This document shows, piece after piece, positions 12,701 through 25,770 of a DNA stretch of 64,000 nt (positions are counted from its first letter, which is position 1; each line of letters opens with the position of its first letter). The notes beneath the pieces are model-generated. The model had not been told where the DNA came from. It ran no database searches and saw only the letters and a list, made by a program, of their open reading frames with translations. This DNA comes from Podarcis melisellensis. Its lineage: Eukaryota. The stretch lies in NCBI GenBank assembly GCA_964234715.1, contig OZ174278.1. One strand, written 5' to 3'. A program made the position numbers and the translations under genes.

Positions 12701-15700
12701 AGACAGTTGGGGGCCTCTGAACACATTAATGAAGAAGAGGTAAATGTGTGTTGCTAAAGATATACAGTTGTTCCATGATATGATGTTGTGCAAGAGTGAC
12801 TTTTCTCCAATCCTTCTAATGTTTGTTTAACCCTGACACTGACACACACACACACACACACATCCATCTTCCAGGGACCTCCCCCCCCCCACTCAGTATT
12901 CCTGAAAGGGAGGCGTTGTCACACAAATCTCTGCACGTACTAAAAGTGCAAGAGACAGGTTGTGGGATTGTGCCCCAGTGAGCCCCACCCTCTGCCAACT
13001 AGGCATGCATACTGTACAGCCATATAAGGCACCTCCACACGGGGGAAAACTAAAACTTGACTGGCCTGGGATTCCTCCTTGTGCTGATAATCCTTGTTCA
13101 CAGATGGCTAGTGAAGGCTGCGATCGGCATGAGACATTGGCAGGGCCAGGGATAGTTGATGTCACCCTGCAACCTCACATGGTAGGGTTTATGTCTGTGA
13201 ATTGGATCTGGATAGATTTTCGTTTGTCCAGGTTATTTAAAAACAGAGAAAGAGGGATATAAAGCCCCAAGCTGTTATACTAAAGTAATCAACTATAGTA
13301 ATCGTGTATTATTACATGTAAGTTGCCCGACATTCTCCCAAAGGGACACTAACGGAGTCCGTATATAAAAGTAAAAATGAATCTTAAATGCACACAGACA
13401 AAAGTATTCAAGCAGAAGTTATGTACAAGTATATATAACGATCAACCGTCATGCATTGCAACACCATATGTCCTGTAGCATCCACATTGGGTTGGGGGGA
13501 CGTGGAAGGATAAACAGTGATAAAAAAAATATAATGAACAACTTTAAAAGGAAACATGTCCTCCTACTTATAGCAGATTTTAACTGCTTATGGAAAACAA
13601 CTGCAATAAAAACTTCAAAATGTTTTTGTTAAAAAGCCAACAATGAAATGAAATAGAACGAGGCATTCAGAAAGCAAGTCTCAAGGTTGCTTGATACAAT
13701 ACATGAATGACACATGAGATAGAAAAGCCACGGAGGTGCAATAGATATAAAGAATGCAAATAAAAGTCAAGCAAGCAGCCTGCTTATGTTTTATAACAGA
13801 TCTTGTATCGGGGGGGGGGGGTCTATCCACAAGGCATAGTAAAGAGTGTATATTCCTCTTAGTTGCTATTCCTCTTAGTTGCTACTCACCCCTACAAGGA
13901 AGATTAAAGGGCTGCAAGAGCAACACACTTGAAGGAAAAACAAAGCCTGTCTTCCAGTCCTGATACTGGGCAGCCTGGTCTCCAGTGACAGGATTCCTAA
14001 GAGGCAGAATGCGCTCAGAGAGTATAGAGATAGTCTACTGTCCCTAGAAACTCTTAAGAAGGCCCTACGTCCACACATTCACACATGCCACACACATAAT
14101 AATGATGGGTATTTTGCTAGTATAGAGCTGGTGCCATACATTGACTCTCAGCTTCAGGATAGTAAGACTGACATACCTCCTGAAGTTGTAAGGATTACAG
14201 CTGCATAATGTATGTGAAGCACTTGGGACTTTTTTTGGTACTGTACAAATGGTGTTGATCATAATGATTAATAGCCAGGTACTATTTTCACCCAAAATGA
14301 ATGGGCTCAGGACAGAACCTTTCCTTTGAGGGAGAACTAGAGTAGGAATTGCAGTGCCTAGACCCTGAAGTATCTGTGTGAATGCAGATGCACTGGAAAG
14401 CCACTAAAAGCCCAACGTCCTCCACACCCACATGACGACTTCTGCTAGGAAATAATACTGTACACAATATTACAATATGCTCCCATGTTCTTCCTGAAAA
14501 CATTATGATTGATGTGATTACCATACTGCTGGCATTTTAACACACAGTTCCTGTCATCACAGAATGAAATGATGGACAAATCATATTTTGATGTTTTCCT
14601 TATGCCCTGAAATATTTTGTTGTTGCTCTTCCATTGGAAAGACATGCCTCAACACCCTCTCCTACTAAGAGTTATTCTGAATTAAATCTAGAGACCATAT
14701 AAAACACTTGAAACGTTTTCTGTTTTAACATTAGCGATGCTTATGAACATCACAGCACTTCCAAGGATGTTGTGAGTTTTTCCATTGCCCTTACAGCAAC
14801 ATATGGGTGAGAACTGCAGACAGAAGGTACCATTTTGGGATTTTCATTTGTGTGAACAGAAAAGCTAAGACAGTCAACAGTTCATTGACACACCATTACT
14901 AATCACATTTACTGTATAGGTATTAGGAGTTGAACTGAAATGGTCTCTCAGCTGAACATCCCAATTCATTTGTGGTAAATTTGGGTGGCTGTTCCAGGGG
15001 CATGAACGAGGGTGGGTGGGGCTGAACCAATTCTTCTCTTTCAACTTTGGAACTTACTGCAGCATCAGCTTTGGCTTATTTATTTGTTTATCTTTTTTTT
15101 TAATGTCAATCTGTATCTGAGAGGCAGGGAAATTCTTCTCCTGTCCCAGTGTTTAACTAAAGGTATAGAGACTGGGTTGCTGCTCCAGTCAATGCCCTGT
15201 TTCTCTGCTCCCACAGGCTGAACCAGGCATCCCAGTTCAGCCCACGCACACTTCAAAATGGCTGCCCATGTCTGCTGTGAGGGGCGGGGAAGCCTTGAAA
15301 AATGAACCCTGAAACTGGGTAAAATATTATTGGTGCAAACACAGATGGTACAAAATTAACTCTGGGGTGGCTTATGCAGGGCCAACTTGGACTATTACAC
15401 CAGTCTTGTTCCTATAGAATGTAGACATTTAATATCCCCCAGGATTAGGTAATCATGTGAGATTCTTGCATTTCATTACTGCAATGTCTACCTGATAGAC
15501 TAAAAATACTTTGAAGAGCTGAATAATTGCATGGTCTGTATAGAGGTTATAAAAGCTACCAGGTCCATTCTTTTCATTAAGCATGCCAATGATTTCTAAA
15601 AGGCTCTTGTGGGGTGATTGCATTAATTGTTTTACTGCTCCATAATCTCTGCTGTGTTCGATTTTGGAGGATATAGGCTTTTAATTTTTTTTATGACTCT

Positions 15701-18700
15701 CTTCCATTGACTCGTTTTATATTTTTCTTATTTATTAGCAGGATAGGGACTCTAGGAAAGACAGAAGATCCAAGCGCAAAAGTTTGCAGGTAGCTGCCAC
15801 CCACCCTATCTACTCCTATTTCCAAACAAGCTGTACCTGCATTGAAAAAAGAAATAATAAGGTATTCCAGTTACATATTTTTCCATTTTGTTACCTGAAT
15901 ATGTATCCATGAGGACAGTTCTAGATGCTCCTGTTGCTCAGCAACAACATATCAGCTTTAGAAAAGAACATGGTAGAGGGTCTGTGAAAAGAAACCTGGC
16001 TTTGTTCTTTTTAGTTAGGCAGGGAAAGAGCAGCTCTGATTCAAAGCTTTGAAATGCTGAAGTGGAAATGAGGGATATAAGCGAAGTATGAAGATGACAT
16101 CAGAGGGAAAACCATAATTTGTTTATCAGGCCCTCTTCACATCCAGATACTATTTTACCATATGCCATGCAAGAATGGGGTTTATATTTTAAAAGGCAAC
16201 TCAAGAAAATCTTGAAACAGTTCATCGGAACTCACTCCCAAGTAAGTGTGAAGAGGACTGCAGCCCCAAGGTCTTAATTTCTTTCTTTCTTTTAGAGCAT
16301 ATTTACACCACAGAATTAAAGTAGTTGAATATTTTATCCCCAAGAAACAGGAAATGAAGAGAGGGTCCAGGTGTACTAGGGATCTCTAACAAGAAATTCT
16401 CAGCAGACTCACAAAATTTGCATTAGGGTGGGCTCTGAAATACACATTTGAATATATGAATTTACATGTATCGTAAGTACTGTATACTGAGTATACAGTC
16501 TACTCAGAAGTGGGTGCCATGGAATTCAATGAGATTACACCCAGGTAAACTGGTATAGGATTGCAGTGAGTTAGAACTATCCTATGGAGTTTGGAGTTGT
16601 GAAGGCTGTGGCAGAGGAACCATAATTTCCAACACCCCACAAGGCTCATGCAAAATATGGTAAAGGTGAGAGGAAGCTTTTTCCCTCGTACCCTGATATA
16701 ACACTTTTTATAAATAAATCTTATTGGTTTCTGGGAGACTCCGCAAAGCTTAGTCCATTTCCCTCTTTGGTACTTTCAGTGTTTGTGCACCTTGTAAACT
16801 TTATTCTTCATGCATGAAGGAGATATATCTCTTTGATTTAAAATAATGGCAAGTTTCTCTGGAAGATGAATTCTGCCCTTTGCCCAGACAAGCAGAGTAC
16901 ATAGCCCTTTTGTCATTTAAGGTAAAGGCAGTAAATGAAACTGAAAATAATGAAATCTCACACAGAAAACCCGTGGTGTTCCTACTCCTTAGAGAAGACA
17001 ATGGAAAACTCTCACTGGTCATAACATATTAGGATTTTACTCTTGATATATAAATTCTGGAAGTCTGAGCAGCATATGAATACAAAAACAAACAGGTATC
17101 TAGACAGCTCCATCTCCTACAAACTTTACAAAATACTAGCTTCATTATTACGTACACAAACCCCTTCTAGTAAGAATCACTTCAGTTTGAAAATAACAAA
17201 AATTCTGTGTTGTTTACTTCACAGACACCAATTTGATTTGTAACTTTAGAGCAAATTTCATTGTTTAAGAGCAAGGCTTTTTCAAAGGCAGGCTCTTTTC
17301 AAAATTATAGTTTGAGACTTCTTGTTTCCATGGAAATGACCTTTTACTATTCTATGGAAATGGAAGTAGTTTTATATATTTCTCTTCTTCCGGGCTTTAT
17401 TATACCAGCAAAACTATAATTCAGAATACAGTCCTCATGGCACAGCTGCCCACTCACCTAAGAGAAAATGGTGAAGCAACTCAGGAGCTTCCTGAGAATA
17501 TAAAATTTCTGTTCATCTTTTCAACATTGCAAGACTGCCAGGAGATCACCTAGTGCATGCCGTGAGTGGAGGGAATGTGATTTTTTGTCCATTGATAGGT
17601 TCCTAGGGGAATATTTGGATCTCGATTTCTTTCCCTCTTTTCTAAGTCACTCTCTTGTGCCTTTTTATCTGAAGAACTGCAGAAGAGGTTTTAAAAAGTG
17701 CAGGACAATGGAGTTAGTTCATCTCCAATAGCAATATAAGAACAGGCTCCTCATTCAGAATCAAAATTTAGATTCTCCCTACCCACCTGGTTCTCTCTGT
17801 AATTTTTCTTAGAATAAAACTCTTCAGTAGGCAGTGTGGTTTCTCGCCTGGAACACCACAGAAGATAATCCCCACAGTGGAATACTCTTTCCAAGCAAAT
17901 GTAAAGTTCCACCCATCACTCTGTCAAGTTTGCAGGTCACATTTATTGCATTCAGCATTACACCTTGTGCAGCAGACAACATTTGTGCTAGTACTGTATA
18001 GGGAAACTCACTGCTGCAAAATCCCATGTTGAAATTGTTGTGTAGCAAAATCCTGCTCCAGATTAGGGCTGCTCCAAAACTGCTTATCTATTTTCAAATT
18101 CTGCTTAGAGCCTTCTCTCCTCTGTGCAGTAACCTGCTCACTCCCTTTAGATTTGGGGTGTGTGCATCTCATTTCCTTGGTCCTTTTCCTTTCATGTGAT
18201 TTCCCCTACTCTGACTTAGCTCTGATTCCATGTTACATCAGTAGTAACGATAACAACAGTTAATACTATTGACATTCCCTGTTAACCAGACAGAGAGCTT
18301 CAAATCTTATTTATTAATATAGAGCCCTTCATCCGAGGATCACAGGGCAGTCTACAATAGGAAAACACAAAAATACAAACCAAACAATAACGCTGGACTA
18401 AGAGGAGGCTGGACTAATTAGATGAGCCACTGGCCTGATTCAACAGGCTGTTCTTAATTTCTTATGCTCTTATCATTACTTACTTTTGTAGAAAGGTGGA
18501 ATATAATTCCAACAACAACAATTTTAGATAGAATCTAGCATAATGCTAAGGCAATTGTGCTGTCTGTGCAATGATTTCTGCTTGCACAAAGAAATGTTAT
18601 CCCACTCTCATTCCCCCATGCTCACTCTGTATCCTGTAATACTTCCATAATTTCACAGGAGTTTTCTGTCTTATAACAGCAACTCCTCTTTCACACATTT

Positions 18701-19111
18701 ATCCACTTTCTGGCCACTCTTCTTGAGTACGGGGATTTAAAATTAGAAGCAGCTCAAACATTGTAATATACTGCCTTGTCACATCTCCAAAAACATTTCA
18801 CAATCATTTACTTAAGCTGCCTTCCACATTGTCATCTGCCATATTGTGATTAATGCAATCATTAATCAGAACAAATTAGGAAAATATATTTGACTTCTGA
18901 GTGCAATTTCTGATGATGTCACTTTGTTATTTCTGATGAGATGGCAATTGTGTCACAGTGGGGGTGGGAATAAAGAGAGTACAGGTCTAGTGAGGCAAGG
19001 CTATAGTGCTAAATACAGACAATATGAAACTATTTCTCTGAACAGTTTTGCAAAAGCCACATCTTGTATTCACATGCCATGTTATGGTACTCTTATGAGA
19101 GACAACAGCCT

Positions 19112-19372
19112 TAGAATCATAGAACCATAGAGTTGGAAGGGACCCCGAGGGTCATCTAGTCGAACCCCCCGCAATCCAGGAACCCCAGCTAAAGCATCCA
19201 TGACAGATGACCATCCAACCTCTGCTTTAAAAAGCCTCCAAGGTAGGAGAATCTACCACCTCCAGAGAGAGTCCATTCCCACTGTCAAACAGCTCTAACT
19301 ATCAGAAAGCTCTTCCTGGTGTTTAGTCAGAATCTCCTTTCTTGTAACTTGAATCTATTGGTTCAGGTCCTT
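19112..19372 (-). mobile_element. CR1 LINE 3' fragment
   Basis: TAGAATCATAGAACCATAGAGTTGGAAGGGACC is the reverse complement of a CR1 3' end with ATTCTATG-type 8-mer tail. Confidence 0.85.
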
Positions 19373-20515
19373 CTTTATGCAACCATCTTTCAGAGCCACA
19401 GAAGAAGCTATTTGTCATAAATAATCCCCTTTGTTAGTGTTCACTGAGAGGTTATGCTTCTGTTCTTCCATGATCCTGGAATAGCAAAGAAGAATGGAGA
19501 TATCCACTCTCTCACATACTTTATGAACTCAGTTCAAGAGAAAAATGTTGTTTTGATCTAAGGGCACCAAAGACAGACAGGACAACATTTCCTGGTGCCA
19601 GTGGTGAATTTTCCGTCACTATGGTAACCTGATTTCCAGTACTGTATGTTTCAATCCTGAATAGAAGGCATCATGATAAAGAATTATAACTGGCGTGATT
19701 ATTACACTTAACCACTCTGAGTATCTCACTTGTGTTAATGATATATTTTAATTCAATTCACTGTGTTAACTGGGGCTGCATGAATTGCTATCCTTGCTAA
19801 GGGATGGAGGAGAATTTTGTTTGGTCTGCATACAAGTGACAGGTAACAATCAAATTTCACACTTCCCTAACTTTGTAGTATCATTTCAGAAATATGTTTC
19901 TTTTTTCTGGGGGAAATACAAACAAAATGCATATTTTGGGGGAGATTTATAGAATGGCAAACAAAAACAATATTTTATGGGTACGATTGTATACAAAAAT
20001 ATGTACAATTGTAACGCAATTTTATGTGTGTGTTAAAAAAATGGATGGAATAGACTTATCATTGAATGTGTGAAACAAGCATGGAATGGAAAGAGACTGC
20101 TCAGTGTGTTCCTACCCTCACTCAATGTCACATCAAAGTCTAGATACATCATGTAATGGAATTTTCTCACACTCCATTCTTGCTATTTTTGCTCCTTCCC
20201 CATGCTTGCTTGGAATGTCTCTGCACCATCAACCCTTTTGTGGCACGGTCCTACCTTTACAATGATGGTACAGTATTAAGATAGATGGTTTAGCAGAGTA
20301 ACTAAAGCTTAGTTCTCACTGAAGTTGTATGCTCTTGTCACCGACTGCTTTGCCACACAAAAGAAGATCAAGTCAGAGAGAGGTTCTCTAGCCTAGTCTT
20401 CTCCTGACATGGAGCAGCCCATGTTTATGGAGGAACATTCAAAGGCCAGGGTAAATTTTGTTGCTGTAGCTCACTCCTAACCCAGACTCTGTGTAGAAGC
20501 GGGGGACTGCTGGAT

Positions 20516-20818
20516 CAGGGGCTGCTCTACTATGAAACTATGAATTAAGCTTAAGTTTCAGGGCTCTTGATCCTGGAGGGGTTCCAGAAGCAACTTTAGT
20601 CCACATTGCAAATTTGAGTTGCACGAATCAAAAGGATCAATCTTTTGATGTATATATTTCAACAATCCCGAAGTTTAAGAGCACAGTAGCACAGACATTG
20701 TAAACAACCACACTGAAGAAGACGACAGGGGTTACCCAGAGCTGGTTGCTGGTTGAGAAGGAACCCCCATAACAGTTCAAGCTTCAGCACCCCCCCCCCA
20801 AATGTAGGTCAGCCACTA
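20516..20818. mobile_element. hAT MITE, diverged
   Basis: TSD TGCTGGAT / TGCTGGCT (7/8); TIRs CAGGGGCTGCTCTAC / GTAGGTCAGCCACTA. Confidence 0.65.
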
Positions 20819-22399
20819 TGCTGGCTGAGCTAGTCTGAGCCTGGCAAAAGGAAAACAAGTCTTTAAAATAGAGTTTGGCTTGCAGCACACTGGGTTGTTA
20901 GGTCATGTGACTGCCTGGAACAGAGTTTGAAAGCGGGCCAAATCTCCCCCTGCCCTGCCCCTGGAACTTACCCAGGACTTATCCCAGCCTTGGCTCAGCT
21001 AGCTGAGCCCCAGCTAAGGAAGACTTACACCTCTGTGTCAGTGGCTGAGCCAGGATGATGGACTTCAGCCATTGTGGCCCCAACTGAGCCAAACCTCAGC
21101 CAGAGATTTGCCTGCTCCAAACTCCACACTCGTTCCAGCTGATCTTGGGTTTGGATTGCTCCCTGTGTGAGGGCCAGGTTTAGGTGCTTTCTGTAAGCCA
21201 GAATTCCCTCAGAGAAAATCTCATTGCTAGGTAGCCTTAAGGAAGCCCCTTTATTTTGGAGTCAGACACACCTACTTGATAGGGCAGAAGGAGCAAGGAT
21301 GAGATAATGTACCTGAATTGGCTTAAACAATCAAAAACATAATGTGAGCATTATTTATGAAATAGGGCATTTTGTAGAGGTAGTAGTGAGTAGAATCACT
21401 CGCTGGTTTATAGTTAACATATTCAAGATGAAGGATTAAAGGACTAAAACACATCATTAAAATAATGGCCTGACTTTAAAAAGAAAGGGAGACATGGCAT
21501 GCCTGGAATAGGATCCATCAGTTGTCACCATCTTTCTCAAATATATTTTATGATCCATCTAAACAGCTTTGTCACTGGGTAAAATCAACCCCATACTTAC
21601 TTACGCTACAAGGTGGCAGAGCCACTTGGATTCAGAAAAAAAGGATTAGGTTCTTCTCAATTTTTAATTACCACATTTCTGGCTGCAGTCAAAGCAGCAC
21701 AGAGAAGTTTCCATTTAGCATTTTCTCATGCAACTGAATCTTAATCCACCCACTCTTTTTGATAAGACAGTGAATTGTGACCTAAAAAAAAGGGGGGGGG
21801 TTATGTGATAGAAAAAAGCATTATGGAAAAAGCTTGGATGTATTGTTATTTTTTAAAAAAATTAGCACTGAAAATATTGTTAGGTAATGGTTACTAATTT
21901 AAATGGCTTATTAATAGAAACATTTTGTTTTTCTTAAAGGGTTTTGCAAAAAAGGAAATGAAAAGTACATGAAATGGCTGGATCTTATAGACATGAATAG
22001 GTGGTTTCAAACTACTCATGTCTTTCATGCTTTACTGGTTCCTGTTTTCTTTAATGAACTACCAAATAATCTTAAAATTATTTGTATGTAAAGGATACAG
22101 TTATAAGGTGGAATAATGTGCATGTGTACCCACTGATTCTTATGGGGAGGAAAAAGGAGGTACCATCCCTGCCAGAACGTGATGGGGAAGGAGCGAGATG
22201 CCTGTGCAATTTTGTGCCAGGCTTGTGCAGCAGCTACTTCCGTGGGAGCCACTGCTACATTTTCATATTAAAACCATGAAGAATAGGCCCATCACAGGGG
22301 TATTTCCATGTCTGCTAAGAAGAATTTAGACAGAGGCAGCTTATCAAATGGTAAGGGATAGCCATCACCTTCAGGCCTTGCCTGTGTACTCCCAGAGCA

Positions 22400-23012
22400 G
22401 AGGGCGTATGGGGTATTAGGGGAGGGGTAGCACCTCTGGTGGGAGACACGTCCTGCTCCTTCTGGTGTAGTTTGTCCACCTTTGGTCCCCACTCTGCTCT
22501 CACCTGCAGCCCCTAGAAGCTGTCCACACGCAACAGTGGCTGTACTGTACTGACCAGCTAAACCAGGTTCCTACACATGCTAAATAGGGAAGTGAGGTGC
22601 AGATGGAGCTTGCCAACCTGGGAAGACAGCCCATCTAGCTGAAGGAAAACTCTGATCCTCAACCTCTGCTGCCTTGCGGGATATCTCTGGGAGAGAAAAA
22701 AATGCTAAATGGTAAACCCTACACAGATCCAGAGTGGAGACCCTAAGTGGTTGGATGGCTCATTGTACACCTCTTTCCAGGAACTCCTGCATCCAAGCTG
22801 GTGCCAAATGTACTGCTCTGCTTTCCTGTGGACACCATCAGTGAGACTGGGGGTGGGCGGGTCTTGTCACTTGGGCAGCCCAGGACCTCCATACACACTA
22901 CCCAGGCTTGTGCTTGGGGAAGTCACTTTGGTGCTGCTAACACAGCGGTTTGACTTCATCCCCGGAAGCACACTCCATGATCTCTTGAGACAAACGAACG
23001 CCAACAACAGCA
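22400..23012 (+). mobile_element. Probable RTE-clade derived non-autonomous retroelement
   Basis: GAAGGAAAACTCTGATCCTCAACCTCTGCTGCCTTG resembles RTE 5' UTRs, and the segment ends in GCCAACAACAGC, like a (CAA)n tail. No RT ORF. Recognised from memory only. Confidence 0.4.
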
Positions 23013-23500
23013 GTGGCCAACAGGGCTGTGTGGGGGGGGGATCCATTGCTGTACTGACGCCCCAGCACCCTGCATCACTTCCAATTACCAATGGGGCTGG
23101 TGGGCAGGCAGTGGGAAGCTCAGCACAGTGCAGGGGCGGCAGTCAAGCCCACACAACTGCGCTCATACCATGCCAAGCTCCCCACTGCCTTGGTAACTAA
23201 CCATGACATGTGGCGTTGGGAAACCAGTAGATCAAGGCTACCCTGCCAGCCACTACTTTCCAGAGGAATGGCCAGCTTCTATATTGCCAAGGATTGTACT
23301 GTTTGGTCCCAAGGCCAAGATTCCCCAACCCCCTCCCATATGGTTGGCTCTGTAATCAAGTGGACATAATAGCAGTGATGACTTCAGTGTATATGAACTA
23401 AGATGGGAGTGGTTCAGCAATTTAGAAGAATGAATGTGCTTCCTAAAATGTTCCCCTCAGGAGGCAGATTGGAAAGACAAAAGACTGCTCCCAGAGAGTT

Positions 23501-23503
<3 letters not shown>

Positions 23504-23538
<35 letters not shown>
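23504..23538. repeat. (GT)n microsatellite
   Basis: Seen directly. Confidence 0.95.
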
Positions 23539-23539
<1 letters not shown>

Positions 23540-23882
23540 TATAGACCACTGATTCATTACTTACTTACATTCATTACTAAATCTGGACTAAGGGCCACTA
23601 CCAAGTGCATCTGGCTGACAAAGTTTGAAATATAATACAGGTTTGACCCTTTTTAGGTCAACTAGGCTAACTAATATTTTCCACAGATTCCAAGTGTGTG
23701 CATACAGTTTTATAGGGAAGCCCTGGGATCACAAATCAAGCTTCTCTTTGTAATATACATGTGTGGCCCTCAGACTTAGCCCCATATTTTCAAGTCATAA
23801 CCATAACAATAAAGTTATTGATTAATGTACAGAAAGCAGACAACAATGGAAAGTACATTTACTGGGAGCCTGCAGCAATGTA

Positions 23883-23913
<31 letters not shown>

Positions 23914-25648
23914 CAATTATAGTTGTGCAACTCTATAATGTGAGATGACATCTAATTTCCCCATAAATTTCTATTTGAAAGTTGTAATGTATGTTTCTTG
24001 TCAGGGGTTGCCAAAACACACTGTGTTTTCCCCTATTGCCACGCTGTGACTAAAGTCTGCTTGCCAGTGCCTGCAAGTACAAATATTCCCCCCTCTATGA
24101 AATGAAAGTGAACAAGCGAGAATGAAGAGGATCATGCTCCTGCTGCAAATACTCTCCATGCATTCAATCTAGGAAAAACAATCTTCAAAGATGAAAATAT
24201 TTAAGTTCCACTTATGAAGCACATTCTGTCATGAAAACAGTTGCTGACGAGTTCACTTGAGTTTCAAACTGTTTTATCACAAACAGTGCTGCATATACTG
24301 TAGATATTCCAGCACTCGGAAAGGTAGAAGACTCTCCCCTTATCAAATATAACACAAATAATTAATTTACATGAAACTGCCTAACAGACCAGTATTTAGT
24401 TGACCTCTAATCTGAGGGACAAACAACCATCTCCTGATGTAGATGAATATACATCATCAAAAGACCGGAAGTTAACAAAGTGACTTTTGCTTAAAAGATC
24501 AAGGAAGCACTTGAATTAGAACCCAGAAGGTGCGTAAAAAACATGGAGGGCTTTTTTAGAAGACCGCCACATGTTCAATGATTGCATTAGGTGGGTTCAT
24601 GGGGTTGTACAACTAGCCCCACTTTGCTGTCCACGAGTTCCCTTTGCATAAAAGATGCTCTACATGTATATTCACAAAGATACGTAGAGAAAGTCCATGC
24701 AAGTGATTCGGAAAGGTGCATGCACAACTTCTCATTCTCATAAAACACCAAACACACAAAAATTGGGGTTGTGGTACCAAACCATATTACAACTTTCTCA
24801 GGAAAGAAAAGAGATATCTTAGATTTTATTCTCCAAGATAACAAGTTCTTTCCACATAAACTATGATGAAATAATAGTAAAATATGTGGAGCACACTCTT
24901 GTTTGTTTGCATAGATTGTGACATCTGATTTATTACCCCATCTGTCAAATTGATCTGAGGAAGAAATCTGATATGTATTAAGGCAATACTAGCCCACTTC
25001 AGATGAAACGAATGAATACAATTCTATAATTGTTGTAAATAGCTAGACATTTTTCATGATCCCAACACGTTTGAGAAATAAATGTATTAGTAGCATGAAT
25101 ATGTCAATGGACATTAACTATGGTGGGTCAAACTAGAAATCATTTTTTTAAAAAACTGAATCAGAATTTTAAAAGGTTTGCTAACATTTCTGTTGCCTTA
25201 GGGTGATTCCAGATGGGTGTTTTGTATGCGATCACTGTGGTAGTCATGCATACAGTATACATTTTTCACAATATCCCCATATAATCAATGTCAAAATGCC
25301 AGTTCATAGCTTTCCCCTTCATTTAATCACAGTTTACACCTCCCATGGAAAATCTGATACATTAAAAAAAGAAAACCATTCATTCACATTTTCTCAATGA
25401 TCTGTTTGTGACATCAGGCCCCTATCTATAGGCACTCTTACTTACAGATATTTTTTTTAAAAAAAATGGTTTAAAATGAAATCTTGACTGAATACAGGCA
25501 AACATGATGAGATATATGCTTTCAGTCTTTTAAAACTGAACCTGTAACCCTTTATCAAACACCTAGATAGCTTTTCTATGTATAAGGAAGAACCACAAGG
25601 AAAATCTGTAACTTCTGAAACCAAGCCTTATTAAATGACTCTATAGAT

Positions 25649-25770
25649 CAGGCTGACTATCTTGTGGCCCTACAGATGTTGCTGGACTACAACTCCCATC
25701 ATCCATGACCTCTGTCTGTGAAGCTGGGACTGATATGAGTTGTAGTCCAACAGCATCTGGTGATCCACCC
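25649..25770. mobile_element. URR1-like hAT MITE, diverged
   Basis: Palindromic core GGACTACAACTCCCATCA...TGATATGAGTTGTAGTCC, same family as 46589-46724. Confidence 0.7.
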
